A DNA stretch of 64,000 nt from the human T2T-CHM13v2.0 reference genome, Homo sapiens, in assembly GCF_009914755.1 (NCBI RefSeq), contig NC_060930.1. One strand, given 5' to 3'. The stretch's first letter is position 1, and each line of letters opens with the position of its first letter. The notes under the pieces were generated by a model, which saw only the letters and a list, made by a program, of their open reading frames with translations, made no database searches and was not told where the DNA came from. This document shows, piece by piece, positions 57,644-64,000 of this stretch. Both the position numbers and the translations under genes were made by a program.

Positions 57644-58033
57644 TGTTTTAATTTGCTAGGGCTGCCATAACAAGCTACCACAGCCTGGGTGGCTTAAACA
57701 CAGACAATTATTTCTCAAAGTTCTGGGACCTACAATTCCAAATCAATGTGCCTGCAGGTTTGGTTTTTCCTGAAGCCTCTCTCTTTGGCTTGTGGATGGC
57801 TGCCTTCTTGCTGTGCCCTCACCCAGCCTTTTCTCTGTACACATCCCTGGTGTCTCTTCCTCTTCTTATAAGGACACCCATCTTATTGGATTGGGGCCTC
57901 ACTCTCATGCACTTATTTTAAATTTATCAGCTCTTTGAAGACCATATCTCCAAATACAGTTGTATTCAGACTGATTGAGGTTTGGGACTTCAACATATGA
58001 ATTTTTGGAGGAGACACAATTAAGCCCATAACA
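57644..58033 (-). mobile_element. MaLR solo LTR (MLT1A0-like)
   Basis: tttgctagggctgccataaca..., ctcttcttataaggacacc, ccatatctccaaatacag, cccataaca; TSD AGCAA/AGAAA. Confidence 0.88.
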
Positions 58034-58507
58034 AGAAATATTTTAAAGTATTTTAGATTAAATGACATGGAGTTCGATCTTTATTTATTTTTAATTATTT
58101 TGTGGAGGGAAAACACTGTAAGATTTCATGTATCAGAGTGATACAGTGTCTAGAAGTTTGTAATATATTTGGGAAATAATATTGTAGGACTCTCATATTT
58201 ATTATTAACAAAACAGTACTGTAGAGGAAACGATGTAATTTAATATTTACATATACATGTCCAAATGTCTTATCAGAGAACATTCTTACCACAACTGTGA
58301 TAGGAAAAGTAATAAAATAGCCAAGATAGGGTTGTCACTAGCTTCATGTCCCATTTCTTAATTATTATTATTATTTAATATAAATGAATAAAGTATTTCA
58401 GCTTATTCCAAAACAATTTTTAACTAGTTCTTCAGATGGAAGTAGGTATTACATGTGTGTGTGTTTGTATGTGTGTGTGTGCAGGTGCATGTGCATCGTG
58501 GGTTATT

Positions 58508-58796
58508 TGCTATGGTTTGAATGTGTCCCCCAAATTGCATGGGGTTGGGGACTCATGAAGGGACTGGTGACTTTATAAGAAAATGAAGAGAGATTTGAGC
58601 TGACACATATGCTCTTACCCTCTCAACACGTAATGCCTTCTGTCATTTTATGACATAGCAAGAAGGCCCTCACCAGATGCCAATACCATGCTCTTAGACT
58701 TCCCAGCCTCCAGAACTATAAGAAATAAATTTCATTTTAAAAAAATTTACCCAGTCTCTGGTATTCTGTTTTAGCAACAGAAAATGGACTAAGACC
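58508..58796 (+). mobile_element. MaLR solo LTR with internal deletion (MSTB/MSTD-like)
   Basis: tgctatggtttgaatgtgtccccc...agcaagaaggccctcaccagatgc...gcaacagaaaatggactaagac. Confidence 0.85.
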
Positions 58797-59229
58797 GTGT
58801 TCTATAAAATTATAATGAGGTTATTCTGTAATTGGCCATATAAAACAGACATATATTTAACTGATTCTTAATGACCTCAGATTATTTTGTAGATTGAAAT
58901 TTACAGTTCTAGTTTTATTCCAGAATAAAAATGTAGTGTTACCATCATCACTGTGTGATCATTTCCATATTGCACTTTATAGTCTCTCTTGAGTGTTGCT
59001 TGGACATAGGACAACTTACTTTTTAAACTATTCTCTACATCTTTAAGTGTCTTCTTTCATTGCTTCATTCAGCAACATTTAATCAAGCACCAAAAAGGGC
59101 TAGAAACCTTCTATCCACTAAAGATATGGCAGTGAGCAAAACAGACAAGGACTCTGATTTCACGGAGCTTATATCTAAATAAATAAATAAAATGAATATT
59201 ATCAGGTTGTGGTTTAAGTGATGAGTTTT

Positions 59230-60890
59230 TCTGTGTTTGGTCTGCTGGTAGCCTTATCGAGTAAATTTTCCATAACAGATATTTTACCTTTTTAAAATTC
59301 TATAATATCTATTCTGTTCTTTCTTTAGAGTTTACATTTCTATTCTATAGTTTCCATCATGTTCACCCATATAGTCTGTATTTTCCTCTAATATTGGTCT
59401 TTAAAATTTATAGTTATTTAAAAGTCCTTGTTTGATAATTCCAATATCTGATATACTTCTATTAACAGATTTTTCTTTTAATCTTGTCATATTTTAAAAC
59501 TTTTTCACAAGAGTCATAATTTTTAAAAATTATATCCTGAACACAGTGAATGACACTATGCAGAGACTCTGTATTATGTTATTTTCCTGAATAGAGTGTT
59601 GAGTTTTATTTAAGCAGACAGTCAAATTCCTAGCAAATTACTATGACCCTATTGAAGCTAGTTTTCTTTTTAAATTTTTATTATACTTTAAGTTCTGGGA
59701 TACAAGTGCAGAACATGCAGGTTTGTTACATAGATATACATGTGCCATGGTGGTTTGCTGCACCATCAACCCATCGTCTACATTAGGTACTTCTCCTAAT
59801 GCTATCCCTCTCCTTTCCCCCCACCCCACGACAGGCCCCTGTGTGTGATGTTCCCCTCCCTGTGTCCGTGTGTTCTCGTTGTTCACCTCCCACTTATGAG
59901 TGAGAACATGCGGTGTTTGTTTTTCTGTTCCTGTGTTATTTTGCTGAGAATGATGGTTTCCAGCTTCATCCATGTCCCTGCAAAGGACATGAACTCATTC
60001 TTTTTTATGGCTGCATAGTGTTCCATGGTGTATGTATGCCACATTTTCTTTATCCAGTCTATCGTTGATGGGCATTTGGGTTGGTTCCAAGTCTTTGCTA
60101 TTGTGAATAGTGCTGCATCATGCCAGTTAGAATGGTGATCATTAAAAAGTCAGGAAACAACAGATGCTAGAGAGAATGTGGAGAAATAGGAATGCTTTTA
60201 CACTGTTGGTGGGAGTGTAAATTAGTTCAACCATTGTGGAAGACAGTGTGGTGATTCCTCAAGGATCTAGAACCAGAAATACCATTTGACCCAGCAATTC
60301 CATTACTGGGTATATACCCAAAGGATATAAATCATTGTACTATGAAGCTTAGTTTTAAGCATTATAGAGTGAACACATTTCACTTTTACTCTTAAATTTA
60401 AGGCATTGTTCATACTACCAGAGCATGGTTCTTCCTTCTGGTGACTAGAACGAATGTTTGGGGTGGTCACCAAGGTGAGATCTATGCTCAGGTCTCAGCT
60501 GAGCAAGAGTTGACCTATGTTGGGCATCATGAAGTCTCTCTGACAATGAGCAATGTAGCATTGAGCCTAGGACATCTGAGTAGCCCTTTGGCAGATTTCT
60601 GGGACATCCATGCATTTTCCACTTCTCTGGAGTTCTGCCTGTCAAGTTCTAACTGCTTCAGTATCAGAAGATCAGGAATGGAGCTCACTGCTTCAGCTCC
60701 CCCTTCCCTGCATTGCATTTAGAAACGCTCCCAGGCTGAAAGCCGGCGTGCACATGGTACTCACTTGTAAACATGCTTCTATCCAGGATCCCAGCTCTAT
60801 GATGCTTGCTTTCTAATGCCTGAAAACAGGGTTTTTTTTTTTCATATATTTTGCCAAACTTTATTGTTATTTACAGTGGGGAATAAAAAG
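59230..60890 (-). mobile_element. Old L1 (L1M) 5'/ORF1 region hosting a younger L1PA
   Basis: atagttatttaaaagtccttgtttgataattccaatatctg and related antisense ORF1 motifs; continues after 60357. Confidence 0.5.
59662..60345 (-). mobile_element. L1PA (about PA6-8) with 5' inversion
   Basis: Antisense 3' end to 60117, then sense ORF2 segment 60118-60345; TSD TGAAGCT(T)AGTTTT. Confidence 0.93.
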
Positions 60891-61605
60891 ATAACCAGCT
60901 TCTTCATTATCTTTTGTACTACAATTGACTACTTTTTAAACATAATACAATGTTAAGATTCCAAATGGGAAGGAAAAAACTATATACACTACTTCAGTGT
61001 TTTATTATCATAACGTGGAAGTTAAAGTCTTTCTCTTTTGACTTCTTTCAGGCAGCACACATTTATTTTTTGTGTCAGTTTCTCTACTGCCTAGCTACTT
61101 TACATTTTATCCCTGAAAAAATATTTCTAAGGCAGTGTTGTTTTTATTTTTACTGGTATCCTTTGGTCTGGTTAACCTGATTAATTTAAAGGAAATAGCA
61201 CTGAGTCCAGTATTTGGAACTGTAGAGACAGAGAATGAAATTTTCAAGTACAGATCTGTCTAACACACAGTAGAGACAGCCAGATAACTAACGCTTATCT
61301 GGAAATCCTACTCTATAACAAACATTTTTGTTTTATTGGACACAGAATGTAATTTGAGTCACAATTATCTTTCATATGAGTCTATATTGTTATTCAGATG
61401 AGTTATGAATCTGTGATTACTATTTCCATTGTTGAAGTATTGATGCTGTCTTTTTGACCTGGTGATATAAGATATGTAGGCGACAAGGGTAAGCCCATTA
61501 AAGTGGTAGAATTTGGCAGGTTCTTGAGTAGGAATTTCAAATCAATAATTCTTCTTTGGAAACTGTGATCTATGGAGCTGGAATGAGGTAATTTGAACAC
61601 TTTTT

Positions 61606-61709
61606 AATTCTTTTTTTTTTTTTTTTTTTTAGTTATGGTGGCTAAAGAAATTGTATTCTGAAATCCTTTTTTTTTTAGTTTGGTAGCTAAAGAAATTTTA
61701 TTCTGAAAT
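61606..61709. repeat. Local tandem duplication (two copies, each starting with a T-run)
   Basis: AAT(T/C)C-Tn-AGTT(A)TGGT(G/A)GCTAAAGAAATT(G/T)TATTCTGA twice, with T20 vs T10. Confidence 0.9.
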
Positions 61710-61831
61710 AACACAGGTCTTCATAAAGTGAGACATGTAAATAGTACAAAACAAGTTATATTTTGTATAGATCATGAAATAGAAAGTATAGCTTGTATGG
61801 TTTGATTTCTAGTAATGAGTCACATTGCTCA

Positions 61832-62659
61832 TGAAACGGGAAAGATTGCCTTGCCCCCTGGCAGGGCGTGCGATGGGGGTGTGGTTTGCTTCTTCAGTGA
61901 CCCGCTGCTCAGCCCTCTAGGGGAAGCACACAGACGGGCAGGCTGGGGGCTCCAACTCCCCTGACAGTGTCTAGGGGTGAATAGTTTACAGCTCTTGCAG
62001 CCCCAGTGGCTGTGTTACAGGTGCTCTCTTAGTTTGCAGTTTATAGGTGGCTTGTGTTAACCAGCTCAATTAGACCCCGTTCCTTATCACAAGGACGGAG
62101 GTTTTTCTGTATCCCGGGATTTCTTGCCTTGGTGTACCAGAAGAATCAGATCACACGTGGGCTTGAAGTGCAAAGTTTTATTGAGTGGAAGTAGCTCTCA
62201 GCCTCAGCCAATGTGGATGCCAAAAGGGAGATGGTTTTCTTCTGGAGCTGGGCAGCTCAGTGGCCCCAACTTTCCTCCCACTGCCCTGGCCAAACTCCAT
62301 CTCATCCCACAGGTGGATGGCCTGCCAGCCTGCCGGTGCCAGCTGTTGTGCTTTTCTGCCCGCAAGCTCTCAACTAACAGCCGCTTGTGTGTTAACCTCC
62401 AACGTGTTCCTCAGGACATCCAGCCACTTCTGTGTCTCCCTGCTAGGGTCTCGGGGCTTTTATAGACACAGGATGGGACGTGGCAGGCCAGGGTGGTCTT
62501 GGGAAATGGAACATTTGGGCAGGAAATGCCTGTCCTCACCTAGGTCCGTGGGGGTGGAGCCCTAGCCAGGGACCCGCCTTTCTCTACCCAGCACTTCACT
62601 TCCCAGTTCCCAATCATTTAAAGGGACCAAGCTCTTCCCTTCAGAGTGCTCCACTATCA
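61832..62659 (-). mobile_element. ERV1 solo LTR (LTR1 family, LTR1B-like)
   Basis: TG...CA termini, 4-bp TSD CTCA/CTAA, GC-rich; minus-strand TATAAAA (~62458-62464) and AATAAA (~62177-62182) in U3-R order. Confidence 0.8.
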
Positions 62660-62984
62660 CTAATGATGGAACTAATTCTTTAATTTTCCTAAATGAAGAA
62701 TAGATATTCATAGTACAAAATAATTGAATAGGGGCACTGGAACAGCAATTATTTCACCTTAACATCTTTAAAAAAACAGCTCAAGTTACCAATGAGTTGC
62801 TCCTATGGGTTTAACTAGTATGAATTAATTAACAGCCAAGGAAGACAATATCACAATACTTTTAAAATTCTAAAGACTCAGTGTGTCTTCTAAATAATTT
62901 AACAGAATAATGAAAACAGTTTAAAATAAATAACATGACCATTATGAAGTCCTAAATCTAAAACACTACTTTTAAAATAATTTT

Positions 62985-63145
62985 ACTTTTAAAAATTATT
63001 TTTAACTGATACATAGTAATTATACATATTTATGCAGTACAATGTGATGTTTCAATATATGTATGCATTGTGTAATGATCAAATTAGGGTAATTGGCATG
63101 TCTATCAACTCAAACGTTTATCATTTTTTTGTGTGTGGTGGGAAT
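62985..63145 (-). mobile_element. L1MA 3'-end fragment
   Basis: tacatatttatgcagtacaatgtgatgtttcaatatatg..aatgatcaaattagggtaattggcat. Confidence 0.8.
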
Positions 63146-63874
63146 CAGATGCATCTTAAAATAGTTGTCTACAATTAATGTGACATATTTTCATTTTATC
63201 CAAAAGTCATTATTGAAATATTTTCCCTCAAAATTAATAAGCAATGAAGGTAGAATGCTATTTTCTTTTGAAAAGAAAATATGTGAGATAGAAAATTTGA
63301 GAAGTTACATGTGAGATCATTATTTTGTATTTGTTTTAAAAATAAGACAAACTAGATATAAAAAATTAACACATTAATTAATATATTTAAACATTTCTTG
63401 ATACCTCTAGTAGACTCTTTTCTAATCACAGAATTTTTATTGGCCACCTAATGTCAAGATCCTTCTATTCGCTGTTAGCGTTAGAGATTTCCCATGAATA
63501 AAAAGTAATTAACAATGTTTTCTTTTTGTTTCAGAAAATAGCCAACTTACTTTCTGTTTTCACAAAATGTACTTCTTAAAATACAATCTTTTTACCAAAA
63601 TGATTTAGTCTCGGTTCAATAGGAATTTACATTTTCCTTCTTTCAGAACTTCACACTTCATACAGATTCCAATCAATGCCTCTATGAGTGTTTTAGGCAA
63701 TTTGAATTGATAGTTAACTTGCAGAAAACTCTTAGGATTTCTTCTTGTCTGCTTTGGGAGATGAAGAAAATGCGGTTCTGTTGAAATGGATGCCAAATAG
63801 GGGTACCTGTGTTCAAAGGTTGTATCTCTAGTTCTGCTGTAAACTTGGGGACTGCAGACTTTATTTTTTTAAAC

Positions 63875-64000
63875 TATGCTTAATGGTTAAAAGCCTGAAC
63901 CCTGCGGATAGACAGATCTGAATTTGAATTTGGCCCCAGCACATATTTGGCTGCATGATTCAAGAAAAATTAATTAAATTATTAGACTTATTTTCCTCTC
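63875..64000 (+). mobile_element. MIR (runs off window end)
   Basis: taatggttaaaagc..gacagatctgaatttgaatttggccccagcac..ggctgcatga. Confidence 0.6.

Noticed and set aside
62124-62683. Overlapping ORFs of 67-126 aa
   Set aside because: They lie inside a GC-rich solo LTR with no recognisable protein similarity.

Overview
This is AT-rich, CpG-poor primate (human-like) genomic DNA, mostly interspersed repeats: L1 of many ages, L2, MIR, Alu, many MaLR solo LTRs, an ERVL remnant, an LTR1-type solo LTR and MER5A. I recognise no spliced protein-coding gene. The only clear gene-derived sequence is a full-length, ORF-intact RPL27A retrocopy on the minus strand (CDS 42382-42828). The most informative signals are footprints of retrotransposition mechanisms: a tailless U2 snRNA fragment whose target site mimics the U2 branch-point recognition sequence, an Alu and an L1 stacked in one target site (three TSD copies), a twin-primed 5'-inverted L1, a possible 13-nt 3' transduction and a nested Alu. 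I found no convincing previously undescribed biological system. Repeat subfamily names and parental sequences are from memory, and boundaries of old repeats are approximate.
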